This document shows, one piece after another, positions 9,264-19,677 of a stretch of 64,000 nucleotides of DNA. Made by a program: the position numbers and the translations under genes. Origin of the DNA: a virus (taxonomy: Duplodnaviria; Caudoviricetes); the IMG/VR virus record IMGVR_UViG_2563367162_000001, positions 23,569 through 87,568 of that record; one strand, given 5' to 3'. Position 1 is the stretch's first letter. Each line of letters opens with the position of its first letter. The notes beneath the pieces were generated by a model. That model made no database searches. It worked only from the letters and a program-made list of their open reading frames with translations, and was not told the DNA's origin.

Positions 9264-10112
9264 TTATTTACCCTCCTTTTGTAAAGCCCAAATAGCGCGT
9301 TTTACACGGCGCAAATCACATTCGCAGTCCTCCACTATGCGGTTGATGGCGTTCGTGGCTGTAATGCCGTTTGCCACGCAAATGGCGGCTATATCTTCAC
9401 TGTTCACCACCTGCAACTCCACGAACTTGCGCCCCATGCGGCTGTAAATTTCCTCGTACCCCTTGCGTTTGGTGCGCAGCCCTTTTTTAATGCGCTTCTC
9501 CAGAAAATTGGTGGCGCAAAGGATAATGCCGCAGTGTCCCTCCAGCTGGTTGTAAAGACTGATAAAGAAATAAAGCACCTGATCCGAAAGTTTGTCGGCT
9601 TCGTCAAGCACCACAAGCGGGTTTTCCTTGCGTTTGAGCGTGTCGATGATGTCGTCCATCATATCCGACACCGTGCTGCCCGTGAAGTCCACGCCCATAC
9701 ATTGCAGCAACTTGCCCATGAACGTGCGGCGGTTCCAATATTCAGAGCAGCAGAGGTGGTAAACATGGCGGTGCGTAGCGGCGTAGTTCTTTATGGCTTC
9801 CGTCTTACCACAACCAGCGTCACCCGTAACGGCCAGCACAAGGCTGTCCTCACGGGCATTGTCAAGCAGAAAGCCCATGCGGCTGTACGCGCGTGTTTCA
9901 GCGATGCGCCACGCTTTTGCCTCGTGCCCCGTCTGGGCGGCTATCGTGCGCCACATTTCCTCGCTGATGGTGTCCCAATCACCTGCCAGCACCTTGCTGA
10001 CAGTGGCCGCGCTTACGCCGTTCATACTGTTGGCCGCCTTGTTCTGGCTGCCTTTCTGCACGCAGTAGTCTTTAAGACGTGCGGCAATCTGTTGTTTTTC
10101 GTCCTTTTGCAT
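9264..10112 (-). CDS. MuB-like AAA+ transposition ATPase
   Basis: N-terminal HTH, GDAGCGKT and VVLDEADKL. Directly downstream of the transposase. Confidence 0.85.
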   Translation of the reverse strand: MQKDEKQQIAARLKDYCVQKGSQNKAANSMNGVSAATVSKVLAGDWDTISEEMWRTIAAQTGHEAKAWRIAETRAYSRMGFLLDNAREDSLVLAVTGDAGCGKTEAIKNYAATHRHVYHLCCSEYWNRRTFMGKLLQCMGVDFTGSTVSDMMDDIIDTLKRKENPLVVLDEADKLSDQVLYFFISLYNQLEGHCGIILCATNFLEKRIKKGLRTKRKGYEEIYSRMGRKFVELQVVNSEDIAAICVANGITATNAINRIVEDCECDLRRVKRAIWALQKEGK

Positions 10113-10123
10113 CTTATTTCGTT

Positions 10124-12127
10124 TTAGAAAATTGAATAATCGTCTTTATCCGAAGCGGCCGCGCCCTGCGGTATCAGGGGCACTTCCACCGTCTTGACCT
10201 CTACCGCCTCCACGTCAATGGCATTCAGGCGTTTCTGCGCTTTCGGCAGTTTGTGCTGCCCGCGGCTGTCACATATTAGCAGGCGGTTGAGGATATTGTC
10301 CTGTGCAATAACGGGCTGCGCCTTTTCATAAGCCAGCGCGAGGCGTTCCGTTACATGTTGTTCCAGATGCCTGTTGAAGTCCTGCACCTGTTGAAGTGCG
10401 GCCGCGTCGCCCTCCTTGCGGTCGGCAAGTGCCATCGGCTGCACGTATTTTTCTGTCAGCATGAAGCGCAGCGTGCCGTCTTCACTTACCGCCAGCACCT
10501 CATGCAGATTATCGGGGTCGTATTTCACCGTCCAGCGTCTGCCTGCATACTGACGGAAACGCACGTCAAAACAGTCATAATCGCGTTTCATGCCCAAAAT
10601 AGTAGGCCGCAGGCCGCTGCCCTCAATGGCGTTCTTGTGGCCTGTTTCCGCACCGAAATTCAGCAGGTATTGTTCGCGGCTTAACGGCAGGCGGCGTTCC
10701 GCGGGCAGGTTCTCCATAAGTTTGCGGAACTGTTCTACCTTGCGCTGGCGTTCCATCTGCATGATGCGGTCTATCTGTTCACGCACACCCGCTTCGTCGG
10801 GGAAACTGTGCCGCAGCATGTTCAGGGCTTCACTGTTTGGCTGCTTGCTGGGGTCGGTGGTTATGCCAAAGCCCGACCAGTTGTTGAACAGCTTGCAGTA
10901 TGTCTTATTCAGGTAGCCGAAATAAGGCTCTATCACTTTGGCCTTTGCATTCTTTACGCGGGCAGGCGTCAGTTTGTCGCCCATCACGTTATAAAGCGGG
11001 GTCATGGCTTTAATGCCGTAGTGGTCACACTGTATCTGGTTTGCCCGAAGCATGACCCCGAAAAGTTCCTCGCTGTGTTTGGCCGCGTTGCGCAGGGCTT
11101 CGGCTATAAGTTCGGGCGTTTCGTGTGTACCTACGGCATAGCCTATCGGGTAATTTATACAGGGGTCAAGCACCACCTCCAGCGTCAGGCGGTTATGGTA
11201 TGTCGTAACGCTGCGGCCTTTGCTGTCGGTTTTCGTTGTCTGGTAAAGCAGTTCCACGTCCCAACCGTCAAGCGTCCACATGAGGAACGGAGCAGTCGGT
11301 CTGGTGCGCTTCACCTGCATGGATTTCTTGTTGCGGAAATTCGTACTGCCCAAACGGCCTGCCGATGTTACCAAGTCCAATTTTTCACGCCATTTTGCCA
11401 CCGTGCTGGGGGTTATCGCTTTCCAGCCCTGCTGCTTCGCCACGGCATTGTACAAATTGGCTATCGCCACATTGTCGAGGTTGTTGTGGTGGCCGATAAG
11501 CTGCACAAGCACGCTTTCTTTTACATCGTCGTCCACCTTTGCGGCGTTGATATTCTGGAACTTCTTGCTAATGAAACACACATACCCATCATGCAGGTAT
11601 TCGTTAAACTTACGTTGCAGGCGGCGGTCGCTTTCAGGCAGGGAGTGCGGGAAACGGTCGGCCAGACGTGGCAGGGCTGCCGCGGCTTTGCGCCAGAACT
11701 CCGTCTTGTTCAGGCGCGGTTTACTCTGACGCAGGCGGTGGCTGTTGCTGGTTTCAATACACTGCCGAAAAGCGTTCATGATGGCGCAGTTGTTTGAATA
11801 TTCCGCCTGCTTTTCGGTGGTGAGGTGGCGGCCGTCGGCCAGCACATAGTCCGCGTAAAACTGCATGGCCTGTCCGTCGGGGGTGATTGTGTCCATAAAA
11901 GGCTTGCTGTCGGCTTTTTCCTGTAAGTCGGGGTAACGGCGGTAAACCTCCGTGCGATATTTCAGTGGCAGGCTTTCAACGGCAAACAGCGCGGGTGTCC
12001 CATAGCAGGCACGTTGCACCTGCTTGATTTGCTTACGACGGCGCAGGTTTTTCACCGTGTCTTCCGTCATAATACCAGCAATCAGCTCGGTGTGACTTAT
12101 ACAAAGCGTGTTACCGTAATATTCCAT
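10124..12127 (-). CDS. MuA-like DDE transposase
   Basis: 667 aa with WTLDGW, QCDH and AKVIEPYF DDE motifs. Confidence 0.85.
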   Translation of the reverse strand: MEYYGNTLCISHTELIAGIMTEDTVKNLRRRKQIKQVQRACYGTPALFAVESLPLKYRTEVYRRYPDLQEKADSKPFMDTITPDGQAMQFYADYVLADGRHLTTEKQAEYSNNCAIMNAFRQCIETSNSHRLRQSKPRLNKTEFWRKAAAALPRLADRFPHSLPESDRRLQRKFNEYLHDGYVCFISKKFQNINAAKVDDDVKESVLVQLIGHHNNLDNVAIANLYNAVAKQQGWKAITPSTVAKWREKLDLVTSAGRLGSTNFRNKKSMQVKRTRPTAPFLMWTLDGWDVELLYQTTKTDSKGRSVTTYHNRLTLEVVLDPCINYPIGYAVGTHETPELIAEALRNAAKHSEELFGVMLRANQIQCDHYGIKAMTPLYNVMGDKLTPARVKNAKAKVIEPYFGYLNKTYCKLFNNWSGFGITTDPSKQPNSEALNMLRHSFPDEAGVREQIDRIMQMERQRKVEQFRKLMENLPAERRLPLSREQYLLNFGAETGHKNAIEGSGLRPTILGMKRDYDCFDVRFRQYAGRRWTVKYDPDNLHEVLAVSEDGTLRFMLTEKYVQPMALADRKEGDAAALQQVQDFNRHLEQHVTERLALAYEKAQPVIAQDNILNRLLICDSRGQHKLPKAQKRLNAIDVEAVEVKTVEVPLIPQGAAASDKDDYSIF

Positions 12128-12130
12128 ATT

Positions 12131-12499
12131 TTACATTGATTGCGCTTCCGCCTGTATGGCGGGGAACTGGTCTAACATTACGTTTTTGTAGTTCTTGACA
12201 GACTGACCGTCTTTGATGATGTCCACACGTCCCGTATTTTTGTCACACTCCAGCATAACACCATTAGGGAAATACTGACGCATATAACCGTCAGCATCGT
12301 GCATCGTTTCAATTGCAGGTGTGGCAATCATTAAAATACCTCCGCGCTGCTGTGCCAGCTGACGGATTTTCCGCGCCCGTGGGCTATCGCCCCCACGTTC
12401 AACAAAAGTCAGTGCCCGCCATACCGCTATTTTAGTAGTCCTGAAAGTCTTAATCAGGAACTCGCGGTTTTCTTTCGTTACTGCTATGTACTTTTCCAT
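12131..12499 (-). CDS. Hypothetical early protein (possible Ner/Cro-like)
   Basis: 122-aa ORF just upstream of the transposase. Confidence 0.65.
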   Translation of the reverse strand: MEKYIAVTKENREFLIKTFRTTKIAVWRALTFVERGGDSPRARKIRQLAQQRGGILMIATPAIETMHDADGYMRQYFPNGVMLECDKNTGRVDIIKDGQSVKNYKNVMLDQFPAIQAEAQSM

Positions 12500-12507
12500 A
12501 TTACTAT

Positions 12508-12933
12508 TTATTTCAGGTTAGCATTGATATACTGTACATCCTCTTCCCAAAGAGGAAGCCCCATTTTGATTTTTCTGGTTACAACTTCCTTTTGCCCGAC
12601 TAATTTCACTGCCTTATTATAAAAATCAGTGTCGTTATACGCGCTGGCTTTACCTATAAGAAACTCTGCAAGCTCTTCCCGCTCTTTCTTTACAGCCTTT
12701 TTCAAAAAACTAAGCTCTGCATCCATGCCACCAACACGTCTGCCGACTTCTTTCAAACATTGGCGTAATTCGATATGATCGTTAGCTCCGTCATAGGCAC
12801 ACATGGCTTTCATTTCTTTACAGAACTCGTCCTTATCCATATTTCCAGCAGCTATGTAGAGATTCTCCACAAAATGATAATCTTCTGCCGTTATCAGTCT
12901 TCGTGTCCTGTCTTCAAATTCTTTCTGTGTCAT
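12508..12933 (-). CDS. Hypothetical phage protein
   Basis: Start chosen at MTQKEFE; first gene of the early operon. Confidence 0.65.
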   Translation of the reverse strand: MTQKEFEDRTRRLITAEDYHFVENLYIAAGNMDKDEFCKEMKAMCAYDGANDHIELRQCLKEVGRRVGGMDAELSFLKKAVKKEREELAEFLIGKASAYNDTDFYNKAVKLVGQKEVVTRKIKMGLPLWEEDVQYINANLK

Positions 12934-13023
12934 TGTCCTTTTACTTTTAGGGTTTAACATTCTGCCGCCTCGGCTTTTTTTCGTACCTTTGGCGGCTGTG
13001 TTATAAGTTTCACGCTGCAAATA

Positions 13024-13070
13024 TCGTGATTTCTCACGAATATACAAATAAAATGCGTGAGAAATTTCGA
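13024..13070. promoter_or_regulatory. Candidate repressor operators (CGTGA-N4-TCACG-like)
   Basis: TCGTGATTTCTCACGA at 13024-13039 and GCGTGAGAAATTTCGA at 13055-13070 lie between divergent genes. A third copy is at 13246-13261. Confidence 0.5.
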
Positions 13071-13091
13071 TTTTCTATAAATTATACATGT

Positions 13092-13526
13092 ATGGACGAA
13101 ACAATTCACGATAGGATAGGGGCATTAGTCCAAGAATATGGAGATGGCAAAAACACTGTATTTGCCAATAAAATAGGCATAAGTGAGGGAAATATACGTG
13201 GTTATATCAAAGGCATCATGCCAAAGGCTGATGTTCTTGAAAAAATCGTGAGAACTCTCGATGTAAATGCAATGTGGTTACTCACGGGAATAGGACACAT
13301 GCGCGTAAGCAATTTAGATATAAATGCACCTGTACTTGTTTCTGACAATGACAGGCTTGCTCCTATATTGCAACAATTCGATGTATTTATTCAAAAAAAA
13401 GACGCACAGATTGTACAGCAAGCAGAAGAAATTGGGCGGTTAAAAGAACGAGTTTCTCAACTTGAACGGGGAAAGGGAAAAAATGCCTCGGATGTCCCGA
13501 CTTCTGGCGTTGCAAATGTCGGATAA
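13092..13526 (+). CDS. XRE-family HTH phage repressor
   Basis: FANKIGISEGNIRGY and WLLTGIG motifs, coiled-coil C-terminus, divergent from the early operon. Confidence 0.85.
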   Translation: MDETIHDRIGALVQEYGDGKNTVFANKIGISEGNIRGYIKGIMPKADVLEKIVRTLDVNAMWLLTGIGHMRVSNLDINAPVLVSDNDRLAPILQQFDVFIQKKDAQIVQQAEEIGRLKERVSQLERGKGKNASDVPTSGVANVG

Positions 13527-13780
13527 CAGTGATAAATATCTTGCGCCGCTGATATGCCCCTTTATATGCCCCATATATGGGTACTTTCTTATGAATCATG
13601 CTGTTTTTTCATTTTTTCGAGGAAAAATACGCATTAAACGGTTATAATCAACAACTTAAATAGATTATAGCCGCTATTTTTCCTATATACAAAAAGGAAT
13701 TAAAGGGGTAGATTTTCACGAAAAAGCCGCTTTTATATAGTCGTTTTTGCTCTTTTGGGGGAGTATTCACCATACACGCA

Positions 13781-13815
13781 GACACCCCAACTGACACCCC
13801 AACTGACACCCCAAC
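13781..13815. repeat. 12-bp tandem repeat GACACCCCAACT x3
   Basis: Seen directly. A second 12-bp-period repeat (ATATGCCCC) occurs at ~13552-13580. Confidence 0.85.
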
Positions 13816-14202
13816 CTCGTTTTTTCAAACGAAACGTACCGTTTTACCTCCTACCCTACCCGACCATTTACACCTCAATTCTACCATTTCCAAAAGTCCA
13901 TTTAACTGGTGATAAAACGCCCGTTAAAGGGTATTTTTCCGCTTTGCTGCCTCGCCACTACCCTACCCTCCCCATCGCCCCAAAAACAACAGACGACACG
14001 GCTAAAAGCCCCATTTCACGCCGTTATTGCTCGTTTGCAGTGGTGTACTCACCAGACAAAAGAAAGCGGCCAGAAAGCCCCCAAAAGCCATCTGACCGCC
14101 TATGCGATTAAAGCAAATTAAACCTGATGCAAAGCCGCATTAAACACCTGCTTAAACACTTTGCCCTCGTTCTTAAAGCAAAACTAAACCAACTTAAACC
14201 TT

Positions 14203-14318
14203 TTGTGCGTTTCGTTTTCCACCCCTCCACCCTACTACCATCACCTACTTACCGAATTATCAAAGGTTTACACATTCAAACGCTCTTCATACTGTTGTAC
14301 GCTTCGTTTTCATGCCCA
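14203..14318. repeat. Putative transposase-binding end repeats of the prophage
   Basis: TTGTGCGTTTCGTTTTC at 14203-14219, TTGTACGCTTCGTTTTC at 14295-14311, an inverted partial copy at 13826-13839, then a terminal CA. Confidence 0.6.
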
Positions 14319-14796
14319 TACTATCATGATACCAGAACAGATAAATGGAGATAGCTGCCAAGTATCTATAAAAAGTAAAACAAGAGAGATAACTAATGCA
14401 TGGCTTACAGTTACAGCTCTCAACAGTAATGAAGTGGCAGTAGCATCTGAAGACAAAAAGCTGGAACATCCGGAATGGACGGATAATGTACTATCATTAA
14501 AATTGACGGACGGGAAATATAAAGCCCAAGCATTACGAATTAATATCTTTTATTTTGGAAATAGTAATCCGGATCAACAAATATGTTTAAGTGACCTGCA
14601 AATCAATATTGATGGAAAAGATCTGGGGAAACAATCTATTGAAGATCAAACTGTCATTAACACAAACATTCACAAAAGACTTATCAAAAATAAGATTATA
14701 AAATTATCTCATGACAATGATAGTACTCTGCTTACGCGAATAAATGAATTGAAAGATAAAAAAATCATAGGATTAGGAGAATGTACTCATGGTTCG
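14319..14796 (+). pseudogene. Internal fragment of an erythromycin esterase-like host gene
   Basis: AT-rich open frame ending IIGLGECTHGS (EreA/EreB GExxHG motif). Truncated by the prophage on the left and by the TGT-ended element on the right. Confidence 0.7.
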
Positions 14797-14853
14797 TGTA
14801 CCTTGCAAATTTGGATACCACATTTTTATGTAATTTAATATATCCCACTTTTG
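14797..14853. repeat. IS21-type terminal sequence (TG start with two imperfect internal repeats)
   Basis: TGTACC... followed by TGCAAATTTGGATACCACATTTT and TGTAATTTAATATATCCCACTTTT. Confidence 0.6.
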
Positions 14854-14885
14854 TTGTATTGGTAGTTTACAGACATTAACTCTTT

Positions 14886-15659
14886 TTACGTCCCTATATC
14901 CTGTTCATGATTGCTAAAAATTGTTTTCCTGTTCTCCATCCGGTAACTTGTTCCCGACAGCCTTATTATCTCACAGCAATAGAGCAGCCTGTCAAGCAGT
15001 GCTGCCGTGACCGCTTCATCCTCCAAAGGTTCCAGCCACTGTACGAGTGCCTTGTTTGCCGTGATGACAAGTGATGTCCTTTCCTGGAACTCATTCACCA
15101 GTTTGAAAAGCAAAAGAGCGTCTTCTCTTTTCAGGGGAAAGAGTGTGGCATCGTCAATGGCCAGCAGCTGTGCCTTCATTATGCGTTTGTAAGTTTTCAT
15201 GGCATGGCGGGAGAGATCCTTTGTCTTCAAGCAGGTGAGCAGCTCCTCCAGTGTCACCATGTATGCCTTGTACCCCGCCTTCACGGCTTCATGGACAAGC
15301 CCGGCGGCAATGAAGGTCTTGCCTGTTCCGGAACCGCCTGTCAGAAGAATGTTGTATGCCTGTCCCACCCATACCAGCTCACGCAATTCGCGCAGCCTCC
15401 TTGCGTCCATGCCGTCCGTCCTTTCAAAGTCATATGTGTCCAGGTCATACCTTGGGGGAAGTCCCGCCGCCTTGAGCCGGCACAGGTAATTTTTTCTCTC
15501 CCTGTCGCGGACCTCCCGTTCCAGACATGCAAGCAGGAACTCCGGATAAGTCGGCTGCTTTTCCTGCGCCTCGTGAAGTATCGCTCCCATGTGTTCCGCC
15601 AGGTTCGGCAGCTTCAGGCGCCTTGCATATTCCACCAGTTCCTTCCTACGCTTTGTCAT
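14886..15659 (-). CDS. istB: IS21-family helper ATPase
   Basis: [14 protein letters not shown] and ALLDRL...GTSYR motifs. Overlaps the istA stop. Confidence 0.93.
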   Translation of the reverse strand: MTKRRKELVEYARRLKLPNLAEHMGAILHEAQEKQPTYPEFLLACLEREVRDRERKNYLCRLKAAGLPPRYDLDTYDFERTDGMDARRLRELRELVWVGQAYNILLTGGSGTGKTFIAAGLVHEAVKAGYKAYMVTLEELLTCLKTKDLSRHAMKTYKRIMKAQLLAIDDATLFPLKREDALLLFKLVNEFQERTSLVITANKALVQWLEPLEDEAVTAALLDRLLYCCEIIRLSGTSYRMENRKTIFSNHEQDIGT

Positions 15660-17208
15660 GGCCCGCAAAGATTTCGTTATACGACCGCATCGCCCCTGAC
15701 TGTGCCCCCGGATAACCGTCCGGATATGCCGTTCCCTTATCCTGTCCCCGGCTCCCGCACACATGCTCACACAGGCTCCTGACAGACTCGCCGTTGTAGA
15801 TGCCCTTGTCAAGACATATCCGCACAGCCTCTATCAGGGTACTTTTGTCAAATCCCGGAATGATCCGCAGGATCACTTCCAGATTGTCCTTGTAATAGCG
15901 CTCCTTCCTTCTTTTGAGATTCTCCATCCATAAGGCGACCTCCCGGTTTCCGGACACATAAATAAGGATGCGTTCTGCCAGCTTGCCGGCTCCGGTATTT
16001 CTCGGTTTCCTGTGCCCTTCGTCATAGACCGTCTTTCCTTTCCTGGTGCAGAGCTCGTGCCTGCCCACCAGCTTCCCCGTGCTTTTGCTGTAAAGCTCCA
16101 CATGCCCGTCAGCCTCCTGAAGCCAGAGCGTCGTCTCCCCGCTGCGGTAGGTTCCGCACGGAACGCTGTAGTAATTCCCCCGGTATTGCACGGTATTGTC
16201 CTTGCGCACATGGTATTCCCTCATCTCCTCCTGTGGCGGCTTCGGGATGCCATGGTAAGGCGTGAGATACCCCTGTTCCATCGCGAACTCCTCACTCGGG
16301 ACCAGATGTGTCGTTCCGTGCACCTTTCCGTTCCCCGTCCTTTCAAGCCACAGGAGGGCCTGCCCGTTCAGCGTGTCCGCATCGTGGTACACGCGGGCCG
16401 CCAGAAAGTTCTCCTTCACGTATTTCACGACATTCTCGACCTTCCCCTTCGACTCGGGATCGGCCTTGTGGCAGAACACCGGCTGGAAATGCTGCTCCCT
16501 GACGAATGCCTGGAACTTTCTGGTCAGTATCAGGTCGCCCAGGTTCTCCCGCGCTATGAGCACCCTGTCCTGGTCATAGACGATCTTTTCGGGCTTGCCC
16601 CCGAAATACGCGAATGCCAGCTCGTGCGCATACACCGCCAGCTCCGTGTCGAAGGGCCTGCGGCTGAAATGCACAAACTTGTAGCGTGAACGTGCCAGCA
16701 CGATGGCGAAAAAATACACCTTCGTGCTTCCGCCGTTCCGTGCCGGCATCCATTTTTCACCGAAATCCGCCTGGGCGTACTCCCCGTAAGGGGTGTCCGG
16801 CAGCTTCTCATAATCACGGCGTATGCGCGCCTCCGACTTTTTCCCGATTCCGTACTTCAGGCGTACCCTCTCCACAAAATTGAATACGGTCTTGTCACAC
16901 ACAACCGGAAAATCCGGATAACACTCCCTGAGCCAGTCATGCATCCGGGCGGATGAGATGTACGGGTATTCTTCCAGCATGCCCCGTACGTATTCCTCAT
17001 ACTTTCCCAGTTTCAGCTCGTACTTGCGGTGCGCACTCTGCTTTCTGACGAACTCTTCCCGGCTCATCTGCAGATACCTCCGTACGGTGCTCCGGTCCAC
17101 ACCCAGATATTTTCCGGTCTGTGTCTTGTTGAGTCCTTTGGACTGAAGTTCTCTTACCTTGTACCACATATACAGTTTGTCTTTAAAAAATCGGCTCATT
17201 GTTTCCAT
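15646..17208 (-). CDS. istA: IS21-family DDE transposase
   Basis: N-terminal HTHs, [18 protein letters not shown] and VHGTT motifs. Confidence 0.93.
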   Translation of the reverse strand: METMSRFFKDKLYMWYKVRELQSKGLNKTQTGKYLGVDRSTVRRYLQMSREEFVRKQSAHRKYELKLGKYEEYVRGMLEEYPYISSARMHDWLRECYPDFPVVCDKTVFNFVERVRLKYGIGKKSEARIRRDYEKLPDTPYGEYAQADFGEKWMPARNGGSTKVYFFAIVLARSRYKFVHFSRRPFDTELAVYAHELAFAYFGGKPEKIVYDQDRVLIARENLGDLILTRKFQAFVREQHFQPVFCHKADPESKGKVENVVKYVKENFLAARVYHDADTLNGQALLWLERTGNGKVHGTTHLVPSEEFAMEQGYLTPYHGIPKPPQEEMREYHVRKDNTVQYRGNYYSVPCGTYRSGETTLWLQEADGHVELYSKSTGKLVGRHELCTRKGKTVYDEGHRKPRNTGAGKLAERILIYVSGNREVALWMENLKRRKERYYKDNLEVILRIIPGFDKSTLIEAVRICLDKGIYNGESVRSLCEHVCGSRGQDKGTAYPDGYPGAQSGAMRSYNEIFAGHDKA

Positions 17209-17369
17209 TACGATGTCGGTTTCTTTGTTGAGCCGGCAAAGATACGGACATTTTTACAGTGTGGGACAGTGCCGCCGTCTCCCGTGGAGGTGCGACATCG
17301 GCCTTTCCATTTTTCCACCGGTAAAGTTACAATTCACATGCCTTGCCGGACTTCCCCATGGCCGCAGTA

Positions 17370-17597
17370 TTATGGTACGTTTTCTCTTCCGCCCCTGCCG
17401 GCACGGAGAAGTCTTCCGATCCTGATGACGGCCCTGGATGTCGTGTGGACTGACGTGTCCTTCCAGCGTACATTCCGGAGCGTGTTGTAGCTGGCTCCGA
17501 CCCGCTGCGCGTCCAGATGGTCATAAATGGCGGCTATGCTGCCGAAAAAATAATCCTTCTTCTCAAAAATCAGATGTACATAAACCACTTTGTCCAT
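17370..17597 (-). CDS. Hypothetical protein
   Basis: 75-aa ORF (YFFGSIAAIY) co-oriented with and upstream of istA. Confidence 0.6.
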   Translation of the reverse strand: MDKVVYVHLIFEKKDYFFGSIAAIYDHLDAQRVGASYNTLRNVRWKDTSVHTTSRAVIRIGRLLRAGRGGRENVP

Positions 17598-17864
17598 ATT
17601 TCATTGTTCTTTTTTACAAATATATGCATATATATGGTATATGCATATATTCTTATCCTGTTCATGCAAATAATAAGTATATGCATTTTTTCAAACGAAT
17701 CTCTTATATTATACTTATAAAGTAACTTACTTAAATATACATAAAAGTATTTCTCGCATTCAAGTACCATACAGAGTCTTCCCCGTCACCCATAGGAACA
17801 AAAAAATCCCCATTCCCTTGAAAGGAGAATGGGGACACGGTAATAATAAAGGAGATGCCATCCG

Positions 17865-18122
17865 TTATATTTCCTTGGCATATCCAGTCCGGATGAGATC
17901 GGAAAGGAAATGTTCCGGAGTATCGGTGGCAATCCTCACCCCGGCCTCTATCACATAACGTTCGGCAAAATTGCACATGTACTGTTCGTCTGTACAGTCG
18001 GAATCCATCCAGCTGCCCGTGCGGAGCTCATGCACAAACTCTTTGGCGTCACCGGCGACGATACGCTCGTCGCCCGGTAACATATATGTCTTCTTGTTCA
18101 CATTATTCATACTGTCGTTCAT
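17865..18122 (-). CDS. Hypothetical protein coupled to the amidoligase
   Basis: ATGA overlap with the amidoligase stop; followed by a hairpin at ~17801-17836. Confidence 0.65.
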   Translation of the reverse strand: MNDSMNNVNKKTYMLPGDERIVAGDAKEFVHELRTGSWMDSDCTDEQYMCNFAERYVIEAGVRIATDTPEHFLSDLIRTGYAKEI

Positions 18123-19060
18123 ATTGCTAATTTTTTTGTTCTTAATTTGTAATACAACTTTTGTTTCTCTCCCAGGAAAGGAAAATTTTCCAGTCTGATT
18201 CCTGCAGGCAGAGAACCCACGGATGCAAAGGTAATCATTCTGTCGAGAAAACACACCCAATTTTCAATTTTTGTAAAACTGATGGTTCCCGAATGCTGTC
18301 TGAACTCCACCGTCCTGTGGCGTGAATAGGCTTGAAGGTTCACTTTCATATACCTGTTTGGAAACAGGCTCTGAAGCTCCCTGATATTCCGTGCCGAGCG
18401 TATCCGCTCATCGGGGAAGCGTGTGAGGGAGGCGCAGTAGGTGTTCGCGCTGCCCCTGCGTGAGGCTGGCATGAACCTGTCTATTTCCGCTTCGGCATGC
18501 TTGTAGGAAAGCAGCAGGTTCCGCCATGTGGTGATGTTGAAGTCCTCCGCATTCATGTGCACGTGCAATCCGCAGCTTCCATTAATCTTGACATTGCAGG
18601 AGTCCAGCACCCAGCAGACTCTCTCCAGTTCCTCCAGTCCGTCCTCTCCCTCCAGTATGGGACTTACGAGCTCGAATGTGTCATTCCCGTTCAGGCTGCT
18701 GTCCGTTACCAGTTTCCAGTGCGGACGGAGGTCATGGTTGTAGCTTTCCGAGGCCACCTGGATTCCCGCTTCCGCCAACTCGCGTACGAGCCGCTGGCAT
18801 GTACAGTTATAGGCTTCTATCTCAACACCGAACCTTCTTCTGAAAGAATAATCAGGTTCGGGTGTGGCGATGGTGGTTCCTGCGGATGCGATCAGCCCCT
18901 CGTCCCTCATTCTCTTGTAGACGTTCCATACAAACCCGCGGTTTCCACGGGTCACAAGGTCGGCGATCTCACGGTGGGTGAATCCGAGCAGAAGAAGTTT
19001 CCGTATCTTCGAAGTCTTTGTGCCGTTTTCCGCCAAAATGTTTCTAACTTGTTCATTCAT
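18119..19060 (-). CDS. Putative amidoligase (COOH-NH2 ligase) with N-terminal HTH
   Basis: FGVEIE, DSSL, ELVSPIL, SCGLHVH and TVEFRQH motifs. Confidence 0.85.
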   Translation of the reverse strand: MNEQVRNILAENGTKTSKIRKLLLLGFTHREIADLVTRGNRGFVWNVYKRMRDEGLIASAGTTIATPEPDYSFRRRFGVEIEAYNCTCQRLVRELAEAGIQVASESYNHDLRPHWKLVTDSSLNGNDTFELVSPILEGEDGLEELERVCWVLDSCNVKINGSCGLHVHMNAEDFNITTWRNLLLSYKHAEAEIDRFMPASRRGSANTYCASLTRFPDERIRSARNIRELQSLFPNRYMKVNLQAYSRHRTVEFRQHSGTISFTKIENWVCFLDRMITFASVGSLPAGIRLENFPFLGEKQKLYYKLRTKKLAI

Positions 19061-19269
19061 AAAATGTTATCTCCTTTATTATTATATTTCAAAGGTAACG
19101 ATTTTTCTTCACTTGTCCAAATATCAGCACGCTCTTTATCAGCATGTTAGCTTACTTTTGCTTCTGCTAAAAGTTGTATCCGTATGCCTCATGTTCCGGA
19201 TTTTACTCCTTTTCATGGGGGATTTTACGTGGAGTCCGCAGTTTTCCACATCCGCACATGTCCTTTCTT

Positions 19270-19660
19270 TTCATAGGGGGAACCTCCGGGATGCGCTGTC
19301 CCTTTGCCGGAATATCCGGACCCTCGCCGCCCGTGGAGCTAAGGGGGGCTTCCCCCCCTTAGTGAATTCCTGATAAGGAAGAGCAAGAGGAGTTCCCGCA
19401 CCCGGGAACATAAATCGACGCAAAGCGTTGATAATCACATATATAAATGTATATGACGTTACATACCACGCATACATTTGTATGCACATTCTATTCTTTA
19501 TGGCTGAAAAACAGCCGGATAGGCTGTAAGCATGTGTGTATGCTGCCGCGGCATTTTGCTAATTTTCAACAAGTTATATTATTTTATGCCCCTCACGTGG
19601 TGTTACGCTTTGTTCGTGTTTTTTTCTTAACTAACTTCGCCACCGCATTTTAAGCAGCTT
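19270..19660. other. Probable oriT region
   Basis: Non-coding, hairpin-rich (GTTCCCG..CGGGAAC, CGACGCAAAGCGTTG) and directly upstream of the mobilisation genes. The nic site was not identified. Confidence 0.45.
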
Positions 19661-19677
19661 ACAAAAACATATACAGG

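Larger units (their letters stand above)
1..14318. mobile_element. Mu-like transposable prophage (one end only; continues left of the window)
   Basis: Terminase, DUF935 portal, MuF, gpG, DDE transposase plus MuB-like ATPase, repressor. Repeated end motifs finish in ...CATGCCCA, followed by an abrupt switch to AT-rich host coding sequence. The exact end is approximate. Confidence 0.9.

Noticed and set aside
13781-13815. Tandem repeats as a CRISPR array
   Set aside because: The units are 12 bp with no spacers, and no cas genes are present.
14319-14796. Functional macrolide resistance gene
   Set aside because: Only a disrupted fragment is present, and the family motif alone does not imply resistance.
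14203-14838. 211-aa ORF as a real gene
   Set aside because: It is a chimera of the prophage end, the host gene fragment and the IS21-like end.
17241-17256. GATACGGACATTTTTA as the right end of a simple IS21
   Set aside because: It resembles the left-end repeat only weakly, is in direct rather than inverted orientation, overlaps a likely istA -7 box, and the host gene does not resume after it.
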